The notes: generated from the sequence alone by a model not told the origin. A stretch of 64,000 bases of DNA from Hoeflea sp. (GCF_040218025.1 NZ_JAVJQD010000025.1), one strand, 5' to 3'; counted from the first letter of the stretch, positions 23,316 through 33,689 are shown. Program-made: numbers and translations.

Positions 23316-24779
23316 TTATTCGACGATAAGCCGTTTGAGCAATTCGATCTCGTGACCGAGCTTGGTGTCCGAATTGATCAGTTCTTCTATTTTTCGAACC
23401 GCGTGCAGCACCGTCGTGTGGTCGCGACCGCCGAAACGGCGGCCGATTTCCGGAAACGAGCGCGGCGTCATGGTCTTGGCCAGATACATCGCGATCTGCC
23501 TGGGCTTGACGATCACCCGGGTCCGCCGGTCCGACACCAGTTCCTGCCGGGTGACATTGTAGTGGCGCGAGACCACCCGCTGAATGTCCTCGATACGCAC
23601 CCGCTTTGGCTCGCCCGCATTGACGAGATGGCCGAGCAACTGGTCCACCCGCTCGATCGTGAGATTGGGCTCGAAGCTGCGCCGGAACAGCAACTGGTTG
23701 AACGCCCCCTCAAGCTCCCGCCCGCTTGAGGTGATGTTCTGGGCGACATGGGCGAGAATGGTCTCGTCGATGTCAAGCGTGGCATCCTCCATCTGCGCAA
23801 TCGCAAGGCGCCTGCGCAGCATTTCCAGTCTCATTTCGTAGTCGGGGGCCTCGATCTCGATCGCCACCCCGCCCTGAAGCCGCGAGCGGACCCGCGGATC
23901 AAGGGATTCGAGCTCCCACGGCGCGCGGTCGGCGGCCACCACCACCTGCCGGGCGGAATCGAGCAGCATGTTGAGCAGATGACAGAATTCGTGCTGGATC
24001 GACTTGCCCTGCAGGAACTGCATGTCGTCGATGACCAGAAGGTCGATGTTGCGCAGCGATTCCTTGAACGACAGCGCATCATTGTCGCGAATGGCGGTGG
24101 CAAAGCGCCACATGAAGTATTCCGCCGTCAGGTATACGACCCTCGGGTTGCGGGCATGGGTGCTGGCCGATGCCGCGATCGCCTGCAGCAGGTGGGTCTT
24201 GCCAAGCCCGACATTGGAATGAATGAACAGCGGATTGAACCGCACCGATCCCGTTCCCGCCTCGGCGATGGTCCGCGCCGCCGCCAGCGCCACCCGGTTG
24301 GACGAACCTTCCACATAACTCTCGAACGTGCATTGCGGATCGAGCGGCGAGCCGATCACGGCATTGGCGGCCTGCGGACCGCGCTGATGCGATCCGAACT
24401 TGGCCCCGGCGCCCGCGCCCTTGAGCGTCACCTGGCTTTCCTTGCGGTTGCCTGCCGGAGAAGCTGGCGACGGTTCCGCAACGGCCTGGCTTGCCGCTTC
24501 CGAAACGCCGGTCTGTGGGGTCGCACGCGTCGCGGTCCGCACCAGGATCTCGATCTTGAGAAGCCCGGGCTCCTCCTCCCGGTAGAGGGCGCTGATCTGG
24601 TCCAGGTATTTGTTGTTGATCCACGATTTCAAGAACGTCGTCGGAACCGACAGCCGGACCACGCTCTTGGAGGCGGATTGAAGTTTCAGTCGCCCGAACC
24701 AGCTTGTGAAGACCTCCTGCCCGACCTGCGCCTTCAACCGCGTCATGACCCGGTCGAAAACCTCATTGCTCATGCTCAT
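23316..24779 (-). CDS. dnaA: chromosomal replication initiator DnaA
   Basis: Start at [11 protein letters not shown] (24779). AAA+ motifs [17 protein letters not shown] and [11 protein letters not shown]-terminal DNA-binding region [17 protein letters not shown]. Confidence 0.96.
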   Translation of the reverse strand: MSMSNEVFDRVMTRLKAQVGQEVFTSWFGRLKLQSASKSVVRLSVPTTFLKSWINNKYLDQISALYREEEPGLLKIEILVRTATRATPQTGVSEAASQAVAEPSPASPAGNRKESQVTLKGAGAGAKFGSHQRGPQAANAVIGSPLDPQCTFESYVEGSSNRVALAAARTIAEAGTGSVRFNPLFIHSNVGLGKTHLLQAIAASASTHARNPRVVYLTAEYFMWRFATAIRDNDALSFKESLRNIDLLVIDDMQFLQGKSIQHEFCHLLNMLLDSARQVVVAADRAPWELESLDPRVRSRLQGGVAIEIEAPDYEMRLEMLRRRLAIAQMEDATLDIDETILAHVAQNITSSGRELEGAFNQLLFRRSFEPNLTIERVDQLLGHLVNAGEPKRVRIEDIQRVVSRHYNVTRQELVSDRRTRVIVKPRQIAMYLAKTMTPRSFPEIGRRFGGRDHTTVLHAVRKIEELINSDTKLGHEIELLKRLIVE

Positions 24780-25602
24780 GTCCGCCCCCTTGTCAGTCGT
24801 CGGGCAAACATCGTCACTGTGCGGCCGGGCTCCGGTTGTTGTTTTGCCCCACCGTGCCGCTGCCTGTATCTGTGCTTGCATCGCCGCCGTATTCCCTGTT
24901 GCCGCATCTAACCGGAATCATTCCGGTCATTCTTCCGGGCCGGATATGATCCGATCCCGTCCAATTCCCGTACTCACGTCAATTGGCGGTCGTCCCCCGC
25001 CTTTCGGTCTCCTATGTTCAGCCCCTGGACGGCCTCGTACCGCCCGCAGGGCACAGTTCCTCCGCGCCGCCGGCCCCATTCGGTTCCGGCAGTCAAAGCT
25101 CCCTCGCTCGGCAAGGCCCTTGCCGATGCTCACGGAGGAGATTATTCTGGGTTAGCCTGACAGGATCGCCGGGCAACAGTGAGCGGGCAAAAGTCAGCCG
25201 CAAAACGCGTCCAGACCCTCTCGGAACCCCCGGCCCCGCGCTCTCTGTTGGGCTTATTTAGGCAGGATGAGAGACCCAGATCAAGCTGCTTATTTACGAA
25301 TAATTAGCACTTTGGGGCTTGACTCAAAAAGGTGAAAAAGAGCCCGTCAGCCCGCCGTTGAGCAGTCGATTGGATTCATTGCTTTTTCGCGGCTTCGGGA
25401 TTTTTTGCACTCTCCGGTCAGCCCCGCATACAAAATTTCGGGGCTTGACAGGAGTCCGGCTCAAACCGGCTTCCCGCATCGCTCGTCTCAGCCGCACCTC
25501 CGGCAAGATACTGAAATATAGTAACTTTTGCTGCGAACGTGACGGAACCGTGACATTTTCCTTCGCCGCGAAAACAGCATTCCCCGCAAGCTGTTGGAGC
25601 AT

Positions 25603-25632
25603 AAACGAAAAAGGCCCGGACAAGCCGGGCCT
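25603..25632 (-). terminator. intrinsic terminator of rpsT
   Basis: AGGCCCGG acaag CCGGGCCT (25612-25632). The A-run at about 25608-25611 on the + strand gives a U-tract on the minus strand, about 25 nt past the rpsT stop. Confidence 0.7.
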
Positions 25633-25658
25633 TTCGTCGACTAAATAGTTTTTGCCGG

Positions 25659-25925
25659 TTAAGCGGAGATCGCCTTGACCCGGTTGGAAAGCCGCGAAAT
25701 CTTCCGCGAGGCCGTATTGGCGTGCACGACGCCCTTGCCCGCGGCGCGCATCAGTTCAGGCTGCGCGGCCTTCAGAGCGGCAGCCGCTGCGTCCTTGTCG
25801 CCGGAGCTGATGGCTTCCTCGACCTTGCGAATGAAGCCGCGGACCCGCGAGCGGCGGGCTTTGTTGATCTCGGTGCGGCGAGCGATCTTGCGGGTCGCCT
25901 TTTTCGCCGAAGGTGTATTGGCCAT
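25659..25925 (-). CDS. rpsT: 30S ribosomal protein S20
   Basis: [39 protein letters not shown]; 88 aa. Confidence 0.97.
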   Translation of the reverse strand: MANTPSAKKATRKIARRTEINKARRSRVRGFIRKVEEAISSGDKDAAAAALKAAQPELMRAAGKGVVHANTASRKISRLSNRVKAISA

Positions 25926-26142
25926 GAATGCCTCTCAGTTGTCAAAAACGCCGGCCCGGCAAAAAGCGGTGCCCCTCAGCGGAGCTTCGCGCCTAGATGT
26001 CCGGAAAGCGGAAATACCACGGCAAGCCCGGAAGCTGCCATTCGATGGCGGGCCTATAGCCGGTATCCGGGCTGTCGTCAACGCGAAAATCCGCGTTTCG
26101 TGCCGCTTTCGCCGCCTTGAGGTCCCGCCCTCGCGTTTCGGT

Positions 26143-26916
26143 TCAGCGATGCTTGAACTGCGCCTTGCGCTTCTCGACGAAGGCGCCCATGCCTTCCTTC
26201 TGGTCTTCGGTCGCAAACAGCGAGTGAAACAGCCGCCGTTCGAACCTCAACCCTTCGGCAAGCGGCACCTCGTCGCTCCGGTTGACCGATTCCTTCACCA
26301 TCATTGCGACCGGCAGCGAGAATCCGGCGATCTTTTCCGCCGCCTTGAGTGCGGTCGCCATCAGTTCATCCGCGGGGACGACGCGGGCCACCAGTCCGGA
26401 GCGTTCGGCTTCCTCGGCTTCCATGAAGCGGCCGGTCAGGCACAGATCCATGGCTTTGGCCTTGCCCACGGCACGGGCCAGCCGCTGCGTACCGCCCATG
26501 CCCGGGATCACTCCGAGCGTAATTTCGGGCTGTCCGAACTTGGCGGTTTCCGATGCGATGATGAAGTCGCACATCATCGCCAGTTCGCAACCGCCGCCCA
26601 GCGCATAGCCGGAGACTGCGGCGATCACCGGCTTGCGCGTGTTGGCGACCGCGCTCCAGCCCTCGAAAAAATCGTCGAGATAGGCGCCGACATAGTCGAG
26701 CGGCTCCATTTCCTTGATATCGGCCCCGGCCGCAAAAGCCTTGTCCGACCCGGTCAAGACGATGGCGCCGATCTTGTCGTCAGCGCCGAATTTGGCCAGC
26801 GTGTCGCGCAACTCGCCCAGAAGCTCGGAATTGAGCGCATTGAGCGCGTCCGGCCGGTTGAGCGTGATGATGGCCACGCGGCCGCGGGTTTCGGTCTTCA
26901 GCGTCTTGAGCGCCAT
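26143..26916 (-). CDS. enoyl-CoA hydratase (crotonase family)
   Basis: [12 protein letters not shown]...[11 protein letters not shown]...[15 protein letters not shown]...[20 protein letters not shown]. Confidence 0.9.
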   Translation of the reverse strand: MALKTLKTETRGRVAIITLNRPDALNALNSELLGELRDTLAKFGADDKIGAIVLTGSDKAFAAGADIKEMEPLDYVGAYLDDFFEGWSAVANTRKPVIAAVSGYALGGGCELAMMCDFIIASETAKFGQPEITLGVIPGMGGTQRLARAVGKAKAMDLCLTGRFMEAEEAERSGLVARVVPADELMATALKAAEKIAGFSLPVAMMVKESVNRSDEVPLAEGLRFERRLFHSLFATEDQKEGMGAFVEKRKAQFKHR

Positions 26917-26970
26917 TCCCAGTCTCCTTGTTTGCCTCGGGGCCGCCCCGGCGAGGCGCCCCGAAAGGCC

Positions 26971-27867
26971 TCATGCTTTCTGGCAACGCGGACACAGGAA
27001 GGTCGAGCGCCCGCTTTGCACAATCCGGCGAACCGTATCGCCACAGCCCGACCGTGGGCAAGTCTTTCCCTCGCGGTCATAGACCGAAAAGCCGTGCTGG
27101 AAATATCCCAGTGTCCCGTCTGTCTGGATGTGGTCGCGCAACGAGGATCCGCCTGCCGCGATCGCTTCGCTGATGACCGTGCGGACATCCGCTGCGAGGC
27201 GCCGGAGCGGCGCCCGGGCCTGGCCGGATTTCGTCACCAGCCGGCCCGCCGGCTTGAGCGGCGACAGTTGCGCGCGCCACATCGCCTCGCAGACATAGAT
27301 ATTGCCAAGCCCCGCGATGATCCGCTGATCCAGCAGCGCCGCCTTGAGCGGCGCGGTTTTGCCCGCAAGCCGCCGCGCAAGTTCGTCGGCGTCCAGGCTG
27401 TTGCCGGTCGGTTCGATGCCGAGGCTGCTGAACCAGGGATGATCGGCGAGCGCGCTGCGCGGCATGAGGTCCATGTAGCCAAAGCGGCGGGGGTCGTTGT
27501 AGATCACGCGCGCCCGTCCGGCCGGACCCTCGAGATGAAAGACCACGTGGTCGTGGCGGTCATCCTTGGAGCGCGGGTGGTGAAACACGCCCGGGCCCGG
27601 CATCCCGTCGCCCTCGGGCTCGATGCGGAAGGAACCTGACATGCCCAGATGGCAGGCGAGCACCATGCCGTCGTCGAGATCGGCGAGCAGGTATTTCGCC
27701 CGCCGGCCCATCGCCCTGATCCGCCGGCCTGTCAGGCGTGCGGCGAATTCCGGCGGAAACGGAAATCTGAGGTCGGCCCGGCGCTGATCGAGGCGGACAA
27801 TCAGCGCGCCCTCCATGACCGGCTGCAATCCGCGGCGCACGGTTTCGACTTCGGGCAGTTCGGGCAA
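26971..27867 (-). CDS. mutM: formamidopyrimidine-DNA glycosylase
   Basis: N-terminal [14 protein letters not shown] and C-terminal zinc finger [27 protein letters not shown]. Confidence 0.95.
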   Translation of the reverse strand: MPELPEVETVRRGLQPVMEGALIVRLDQRRADLRFPFPPEFAARLTGRRIRAMGRRAKYLLADLDDGMVLACHLGMSGSFRIEPEGDGMPGPGVFHHPRSKDDRHDHVVFHLEGPAGRARVIYNDPRRFGYMDLMPRSALADHPWFSSLGIEPTGNSLDADELARRLAGKTAPLKAALLDQRIIAGLGNIYVCEAMWRAQLSPLKPAGRLVTKSGQARAPLRRLAADVRTVISEAIAAGGSSLRDHIQTDGTLGYFQHGFSVYDREGKTCPRSGCGDTVRRIVQSGRSTFLCPRCQKA

Positions 27868-28193
27868 ATCCGTCTCCTTGCGGGTAGGCGCGTTCGGTTC
27901 TCGGCCGCATTGTCGATCCTTTGCGACCGGGCCGAGCGGCCTTCATCCATGCTTGTCCGCCCCGGTTTCAACCGCGCCGGCCTGTGCGCCATGCAAGCCG
28001 TGCCTTACGCCGTGGCGTTCGTGTACAGACTGCCCTATAAGTCGCGCGCTATGCCGCAGCAAGTCCGTTGCCGCTTCGATGGCATGCCGTGCTCCGATCG
28101 GCTATGGTCACGCGGACCCGCGGGGAGCTGCGGCCGCTACGAAGCCGGCAACGGTCCCGGCTGTGAACCCGGAATGAGAAACAGGAACCGGAC

Positions 28194-28970
28194 ATGTCTG
28201 ATCAGCGCGTCTCCGCCACGGGCGGAATGCAAACCTCCTACGGCTTCCGCACCGTCAGTGACGGTGAGAAGCAGCCCCTGGTCAATGACGTCTTTCACAA
28301 GGTCGCCAAGCGCTACGACATCATGAACGACGTGATGTCCGGCGGCCTTCACCGCGTCTGGAAGGACGCGATGGTCGCTCATCTCAACCCGCCGCGCCGG
28401 CCGGCCTTCCGGTTTCTCGACGTGGCGGGCGGCACCGGCGACATCGCCTTTCGCATCGTCGCCGCCTCCGGCCGCCAGGTTCGTGGCACGGTGCTGGACA
28501 TCAACGCCTCCATGCTCGGCGTGGGCGCCGAGCGCGCGGCAAAGAAGGGCTATGCGGACAATCTCGACTTTGTCGAGGCCAATGCGGAGGACCTGCCCTT
28601 CGAGGATGCAAGCTTCGACGCCTACACGATCGCCTTCGGCATCCGCAACGTGCCCGACATCGACAAGGCGCTGCGGGAAGCCTTCCGCGTTCTCAAGCGC
28701 GGCGGCCGGTTTTTGTGTCTCGAGTTTTCCGAGGTCGAGATGCCGATCCTTGACCGTGTCTACGATGCCTGGTCGTTCAACGGGATTCCGGCGGTTGGAA
28801 AGGCGATTGCCGGCGACGCCGAGCCCTACCGGTATCTCGTCGAATCGATCCGCAAGTTTCCCCGTCAGGCCGATTTCGCGGCGATGATCTCCCGTGCCGG
28901 GTTTTCGCGGGTGAACTACACCAATTACACCGGCGGCGTCGCCGCCCTTCATTCAGCCTGGAAGATCTGA
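28194..28970 (+). CDS. ubiE: ubiquinone/menaquinone C-methyltransferase
   Basis: [25 protein letters not shown]...[12 protein letters not shown]. Confidence 0.95.
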   Translation: MSDQRVSATGGMQTSYGFRTVSDGEKQPLVNDVFHKVAKRYDIMNDVMSGGLHRVWKDAMVAHLNPPRRPAFRFLDVAGGTGDIAFRIVAASGRQVRGTVLDINASMLGVGAERAAKKGYADNLDFVEANAEDLPFEDASFDAYTIAFGIRNVPDIDKALREAFRVLKRGGRFLCLEFSEVEMPILDRVYDAWSFNGIPAVGKAIAGDAEPYRYLVESIRKFPRQADFAAMISRAGFSRVNYTNYTGGVAALHSAWKI

Positions 28971-28975
28971 ACGGC

Positions 28976-30550
28976 ATGGCAAGTCTAGGCACCTATCTGC
29001 GCCTTGTGCGCGCGGGTTTCATCATGGTGCGCGAGGGCGTCGTCTCCTCGCTGCCCGCCGATGATCTGCCGGCGCCGGCGCGCTTCGCCCATTCGGTCGC
29101 GGGCCTGCTGGCCAGACGCCGCGCAAAAAGTGCGGAGCGTTCCGACAGGCTCGCCCGCGCCGTCGAGCGCCTTGGCCCCTCCTGGGTCAAGCTCGGCCAG
29201 TTCCTCGCCACCCGGCCGGATGTGGTCGGCGTCGACATCGCCAATGATCTCGCCGGTCTTCAGGACCGGATGACCACCTTCCCCGAAACCGTCGCGCGCC
29301 GGGCGATCGAGGAGTCGCTTGGCCGCGAGGTCCCGGAGCTGTTCTCGCGTTTCGATCCTCCGATCGCCGCCGCCTCCATCGCCCAGGTTCACCCGGCTGA
29401 AATCAGCGAAGGCGAGGGGACACGCAAGGTTGCGGTCAAGGTTGTCCGCCCTGGCGTCAGGCAGCGTTTCCGGCGCGATCTCGAGGCATTCTATCTGGTC
29501 TCCCGGATGCAGGAACGCTTCATCCCGTCCTCGCGCCGACTGCGTCCGGTCGAAATCACCAAGACGCTTGAGCAGACCACGCGTATCGAGATGGATCTCA
29601 GGCTTGAGGCTGCCGCCCTGTCGGAGATGGCCGAAAACACCCGTGGCGATCCGGGTTTCCGCGTGCCCGCTGTCGACTGGGAACGCACCGGCCGCGATGT
29701 CGTCACGATGGAGTGGATCGACGGCACCAAGATGAGCAATGTCGAGGGCCTGCGCGCGGCAGGACATGATCTTCATGCGCTTGCCGACACTCTCATCCAG
29801 TCCTTCCTGCGCCATACCCTGCGCGACGGCTTCTTTCACGCGGACATGCACCAGGGCAATCTCTTCGTCGATTCCAGGGGCATGATCGTCGCCGTCGACA
29901 TGGGCATCGTCAGCCGTCTGCACCGCAAGGAGCGCCGCTTTCTGGCCGAGATCCTCTACGGCTTCATCACCCGCGATTACCGCCGGGTGGCCGATGTGCA
30001 TTTCGAGGCAGGTTATGTGCCTGCCCGGCACGATCCGGCGAGTTTCGCCCAGGCGATCCGCGCCATCGGCGAACCGATCCACGGCCAGCCGGCCGAAACC
30101 ATCTCGATGGCGCGGTTGCTGACGCTGCTGTTCGAGGTCACGGAACTGTTCGACATGGAGACCCGGCCCGAACTGGTCATGCTGCAGAAGACCATGGTCG
30201 TGGTCGAGGGCGTTGCGCGCACGCTCAATCCGAAGTTCAACATGTGGAAGGCGGCCGAGCCGGTGGTGGAGAGCTGGATCCGCGACAATCTCGGCCCCAA
30301 ACGCATCGCCACCGATGTCAAGGCCGGCGCCATGGCCGCGCTCAGGCTTGCGGAACAGTTGCCGGATCTCGCCACGCGCACCGAACGGCTTGCCGCCGAA
30401 GTGGGCGAAATGGCCGAAAACGGCCTGCGGTTCGACGATGTCACCTCCGAGGCCATCGGCAAGGCCGAGGCGCGCCACACACGGTCCGGACGGATCGCGC
30501 TGTGGGTGATTGCGATCGCCCTCGTCGCCATCGCGGTGCGGCTCTACTGA
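28976..30550 (+). CDS. ubiB: UbiB (ABC1 atypical-kinase family) ubiquinone biosynthesis protein
   Basis: GPSWVKLGQFLATRPDVVG...ASIAQVH...VAVKVVRPG...FFHADMHQGNLFV, plus a C-terminal TM helix. Lies 5 nt after ubiE. Confidence 0.93.
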   Translation: MASLGTYLRLVRAGFIMVREGVVSSLPADDLPAPARFAHSVAGLLARRRAKSAERSDRLARAVERLGPSWVKLGQFLATRPDVVGVDIANDLAGLQDRMTTFPETVARRAIEESLGREVPELFSRFDPPIAAASIAQVHPAEISEGEGTRKVAVKVVRPGVRQRFRRDLEAFYLVSRMQERFIPSSRRLRPVEITKTLEQTTRIEMDLRLEAAALSEMAENTRGDPGFRVPAVDWERTGRDVVTMEWIDGTKMSNVEGLRAAGHDLHALADTLIQSFLRHTLRDGFFHADMHQGNLFVDSRGMIVAVDMGIVSRLHRKERRFLAEILYGFITRDYRRVADVHFEAGYVPARHDPASFAQAIRAIGEPIHGQPAETISMARLLTLLFEVTELFDMETRPELVMLQKTMVVVEGVARTLNPKFNMWKAAEPVVESWIRDNLGPKRIATDVKAGAMAALRLAEQLPDLATRTERLAAEVGEMAENGLRFDDVTSEAIGKAEARHTRSGRIALWVIAIALVAIAVRLY

Positions 30551-30764
30551 GGCGCCGGACTTGCCGGTTCAAACGCTGAAACACGGCGTGATTTGCATTT
30601 TTTGCCCGGATCGCGCTAATTTGTGTCGTGCCCCGGCATAAGACCGGGCCAGCATTCGCCGGCGGCGCAGGGCGCCGCCAGGACAAGAAACCCGGCAGCG
30701 GGACGCTTTTTAGCGTCCGGACTTGATGTTTGCGCCGGGACAGTCACAAGCATTGGATAGATAT

Positions 30765-31199
30765 ATGAGCGAGGCCAAATCCGGCGATATCGTGCGGATC
30801 AACTATACCGGAAAACTCACCGACGGCACCCAGTTCGACAGTTCCGAGGGGCGCGAGCCTCTGGAATTCGAAATCGGCTCGGGCCAGATCATCAGCGGTC
30901 TTGACCGCGAGGTGCAGGGCATGAAGGTCGGCGACAAGCAGACCATTACCGTTCCGGCCGAAGAGGCCTATGGCGCGCACGACGCCGCCAAGGTTCAGCA
31001 GGTGCCGCGTTCGGCGCTGCCTGCAGAAGTCGAGCCGCAGGAAGGCATGCAGTTGCAGGCCCGCACCCCGCAGGGCCCCGTCGCGCTGATCGTCACTTCG
31101 GTGGGCGAGCAGGAAGTCACTGTCGACGCGAACCACCCGCTGGCGGGCAAGGACCTCGTGTTCGACATCGAGATGGTCGACATCGTCAAGGCGGCCTGA
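30765..31199 (+). CDS. FKBP-type peptidyl-prolyl isomerase (SlyD-like)
   Basis: DIVRINYTGKLTDGTQFDSSEGREPLEFEIGSGQIISGLD...HPLAGKDLVFDIEMVDI. Confidence 0.88.
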   Translation: MSEAKSGDIVRINYTGKLTDGTQFDSSEGREPLEFEIGSGQIISGLDREVQGMKVGDKQTITVPAEEAYGAHDAAKVQQVPRSALPAEVEPQEGMQLQARTPQGPVALIVTSVGEQEVTVDANHPLAGKDLVFDIEMVDIVKAA

Positions 31200-31216
31200 G
31201 CGCCGGACTGAAACAG

Positions 31217-31246
31217 GGCGATCCCGGATAAACGCCCGGGATCGCC
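31217..31246 (+). terminator. hairpin downstream of the FKBP gene
   Basis: 11-bp perfect stem GGCGATCCCGG / CCGGGATCGCC with an 8-nt loop. No clear U-tract. Confidence 0.45.
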
Positions 31247-31469
31247 GCTGCGCTTGAAGAAGCGGAATGGCGGATGCTCGCAACCGGGCGCCTGTCGGTT
31301 CCATTTCGCGCCGATTGTCGACCGCCGCATCAGGATAGCCGGTGCGGCGGAAGCGCTGCCGCGTTGCCGTCATGGCAGAAAACTGACCATTCGGAGTGTC
31401 CCTCGTGGCGCTCCGGCCAGGCAACTTGTCCTTCGGAACGCCTCTCTGCAAAAGCCTGACCGGTTCGCT

Positions 31470-31500
31470 TTGACTGCAATGCATGCAATGCCTACATTGC
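31470..31500 (+). promoter_or_regulatory. candidate sigma70-type promoter with GCAATG repeats upstream of RHH-coaBC
   Basis: TTGACT (31470-31475), a 17-nt spacer, then TACATT (31493-31498). The spacer contains GCAATGcatGCAATG, followed by the inverted CATTGC. The GGGGGAG SD lies 7 nt before ATG 31540. Confidence 0.5.
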
Positions 31501-31539
31501 GGCGATCACAGTCGGCGTTGACGCCGGGGGAGACGTCGC

Positions 31540-32952
31540 ATGGCAACCTTGACCATCCGAAATCTTGATGAATCGGCCAAGCAGGCCTTGCGCGAGCGCG
31601 CCGCGAGGAACGGCCGTTCCATGGAAGAGGAGATGCGCTCGATCCTCACCGGTCTGGAAGGCATCGCTGAGGTCCAGGCCCCGACTCAGGCCGCGGTCTC
31701 AACTAAAGTGCCGCCAGTAACAGCCCCGAGCGCCGTGGAGCGCCAGAGTCTGTCAGGCAAACGCATCCTGCTGATCGTTTCGGGCGGCATCGCCGCCTAC
31801 AAGTCGCTCGATCTCATCCGCCGACTGCGTGAGCGCGGCGCCCATGTCCGGCCCGTCATGACCGCCGGCGCGCAGGAGTTCGTCACGCCGCTCACGGTCG
31901 GTGCGCTTGCCGCCGATCATGTCTACACCGATCTGTTTTCCCGCGAGGACGAGCAGGATGTCGGCCACATAAGGCTGGCGCGCGACTGCGATCTCGTCTG
32001 CGTCGCGCCCGCCACCGCCAATCTGATGGCGCGGCTTGCGAACGGCCTCGCCGACGACCTGGCCTCCACCGTGCTTCTTGCCACCAACCGTCCGGTGCTG
32101 ATGGCGCCCGCCATGAACCCGGCGATGTGGTCCCATCCCGCAACCCGCCGCAACGTCGAAACGCTCCGGCGCGACGGCCTGGGCTTCGTCGGCCCGGGCA
32201 GGGGCGAGATGGCGGAATCGGGAGAGGCGGGCGTCGGCCGCATGTCCGAGCCGCTCGCCATCGTCGCCGCCATCGAGGCGCTGGTCGACGATACTCCAAA
32301 GCCGCTTGCGGGCCGGCGCGCCATCGTCACCTCCGGCCCCACGCATGAGCCGATAGACCCGGTGCGCTACATCGCCAACCGTTCGTCGGGCAAGCAGGGC
32401 CACGCCATTGCCGCCCATCTCGCCCGGCTCGGCGCTGATGTCACGTTGGTCTCGGGTCCCGTCGCCATCCCCGATCCGGCCGGAGTCAACGTCGTCCGCG
32501 TCGAGAGCGCGCGAGAGATGCTCGACGCGGTCACGGGCGCGCTGCCCGCCGACATCGGCGTTTTCGTCGCCGCCGTGGCCGACTGGCGCGTGGCGTCCTC
32601 GGCGGACAACAAGATCAAGAAGAAGGAAGGCCAGGGCCCCGCGCCGCTCGAACTCACCGAAAACCCCGATATCCTCCGCACCATCGGCCATCACGACAAC
32701 CGGCCGAAGCTTGTGGTCGGCTTCGCCGCCGAAACCGCCGACGTGATTTCCAACGCTGAAGCCAAGCTTGCCCGCAAGGGCGCCGATTTCATCGTCGCCA
32801 ACGACGTCTCCCCCGAAACCGGCATCATGGGCGGCGACCGCAACCGCGTCCGCATCGTCTCCAACGACGGCGTCGAGGACTGGCCGGACCTGAGCAAGGA
32901 CGAAGTGGCGGAAAGGCTTGCGGCAAGGATCGCGGAGCGTTTCGATCAGTAG
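31540..32952 (+). CDS. coaBC: phosphopantothenoylcysteine decarboxylase / phosphopantothenate-cysteine ligase with N-terminal FitA-like RHH extension
   Basis: Residues from about 71 are canonical CoaBC (GKRILLIVSGGIAAYKS...PAMN..MW...; C-terminal CoaB half KKKEG...FAAET). Residues 1-40 (MATLTIRNLDESAKQALRERAARNGRSMEEEMRSILTGL) match the FitA/VapB-type ribbon-helix-helix signature. No stop codon separates the two parts. Confidence 0.9.
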   Translation: MATLTIRNLDESAKQALRERAARNGRSMEEEMRSILTGLEGIAEVQAPTQAAVSTKVPPVTAPSAVERQSLSGKRILLIVSGGIAAYKSLDLIRRLRERGAHVRPVMTAGAQEFVTPLTVGALAADHVYTDLFSREDEQDVGHIRLARDCDLVCVAPATANLMARLANGLADDLASTVLLATNRPVLMAPAMNPAMWSHPATRRNVETLRRDGLGFVGPGRGEMAESGEAGVGRMSEPLAIVAAIEALVDDTPKPLAGRRAIVTSGPTHEPIDPVRYIANRSSGKQGHAIAAHLARLGADVTLVSGPVAIPDPAGVNVVRVESAREMLDAVTGALPADIGVFVAAVADWRVASSADNKIKKKEGQGPAPLELTENPDILRTIGHHDNRPKLVVGFAAETADVISNAEAKLARKGADFIVANDVSPETGIMGGDRNRVRIVSNDGVEDWPDLSKDEVAERLAARIAERFDQ

Positions 32953-33024
32953 ATAGGTCAAAGACTGGAACAGAACCAACCGCAACCAAGCCGGCGCGCG
33001 GTGTCGGCGGGTTCGTCGATACAA

Positions 33025-33627
33025 TTAGGTTTCTGTGAACTCGAAAACGGAAAGCGCCATGGCGAGCACTTCCGTCGGATCCTCTCCGCGCGCACGCTGA
33101 TCCAGGGCCAGGCCGATTTGCGCATGCAGGTAGTGCGCGGCCAGTTCCACCGGAATGTTCCCGGCCCACTCCCCGTTTGCCTTGCCTTCAGCCAGCACCG
33201 TTGCAAAGGCATCGCGGCTCATGCTCTCCAGATGCGCGATCAGTGTCTGGGTCTTTTCGCCCATCTGGCTTTTCTCACTCCGCATCTTGACGAAGAGGCA
33301 CCCCTTTTGATGCTGCGCGTCCTGGGCCGCAAGATGGGCTACGCGCTTGATTATGTTCGGAAAACGGTCCTTGCTGTGAAGAATTTCCAGCATCTTCACC
33401 ATGACAAACTGCCCGTAGTGTTCAAGCGCCGCGCAGGTCAGTCCATCTTCACTTCCGAACGCGTTGTAGACTGACGGCTTGGATACAACGGCCCGCTGAC
33501 AGATGGAGTTGAGCGAAACCGCGGTCGGTCCATCTTCCCAATAAGCGTTCATGGCCACATCGAGAACGTCTTCCTTGCTCATTTTCGGCGGGCGGCCCCG
33601 GCCGGGTTTGGATGGTGCTTCAGGCAT
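33025..33627 (-). CDS. TetR-family transcriptional regulator
   Basis: N-terminal HTH region SKEDVLDVAMNAYWEDGPTAVSLNSICQRAVVSKPSVYNAFGSEDGL. Confidence 0.88.
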   Translation of the reverse strand: MPEAPSKPGRGRPPKMSKEDVLDVAMNAYWEDGPTAVSLNSICQRAVVSKPSVYNAFGSEDGLTCAALEHYGQFVMVKMLEILHSKDRFPNIIKRVAHLAAQDAQHQKGCLFVKMRSEKSQMGEKTQTLIAHLESMSRDAFATVLAEGKANGEWAGNIPVELAAHYLHAQIGLALDQRARGEDPTEVLAMALSVFEFTET

Positions 33628-33631
33628 TAAT

Positions 33632-33689
33632 GTACCATATGGTATTTAATTGTTGACAGGCTGATGACTTTATTTGTACCAATCGGTAC
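33632..33689. promoter_or_regulatory. two TACC-N4-GGTA inverted repeats (candidate TetR operators) flanking a TTGACA
   Basis: TACCATATGGTA (33633-33644, perfect palindrome) and GTACCaatcGGTAC (33676-33689), with TTGACA at 33653-33658, in the AT-rich divergent region. Confidence 0.5.

Noticed and set aside
24780-25658. Chromosomal replication origin (oriC) next to dnaA; enrichment of CcrM GANTC sites
   Set aside because: I found no cluster of TTATCCACA/TGATCCACA-type DnaA boxes and no obvious 13-mer AT-rich unwinding array. In alphaproteobacteria the origin is usually near hemE rather than dnaA. Four GANTC sites in 879 bp is about the random expectation.
25675-27639. 654-aa plus-strand ORF spanning rpsT, the enoyl-CoA hydratase and mutM
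   Set aside because: It runs antisense through three independent, motif-supported genes and their spacers, which is implausible for a real protein.
28985-30478. 497-aa minus-strand ORF opposite ubiB. Similar long antisense ORFs lie at 55239..57110 (prfC), 61488..63023 (yifB), 46361..47551 (HD-GYP), 31753..33024 (coaBC), 15969..17156 (ilvD) and 5570..6979 (pnp)
   Set aside because: All mirror strongly supported genes on the other strand and show the compositional signature of antisense frames rather than protein families.
31200-33024. A cognate PIN/toxin gene partnering the FitA-like RHH module
   Set aside because: No ORF with PIN-like acidic residues, or any plausible small toxin, lies upstream (31200..31539) or downstream (32953..33024). 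The RHH reading frame continues directly into CoaBC.
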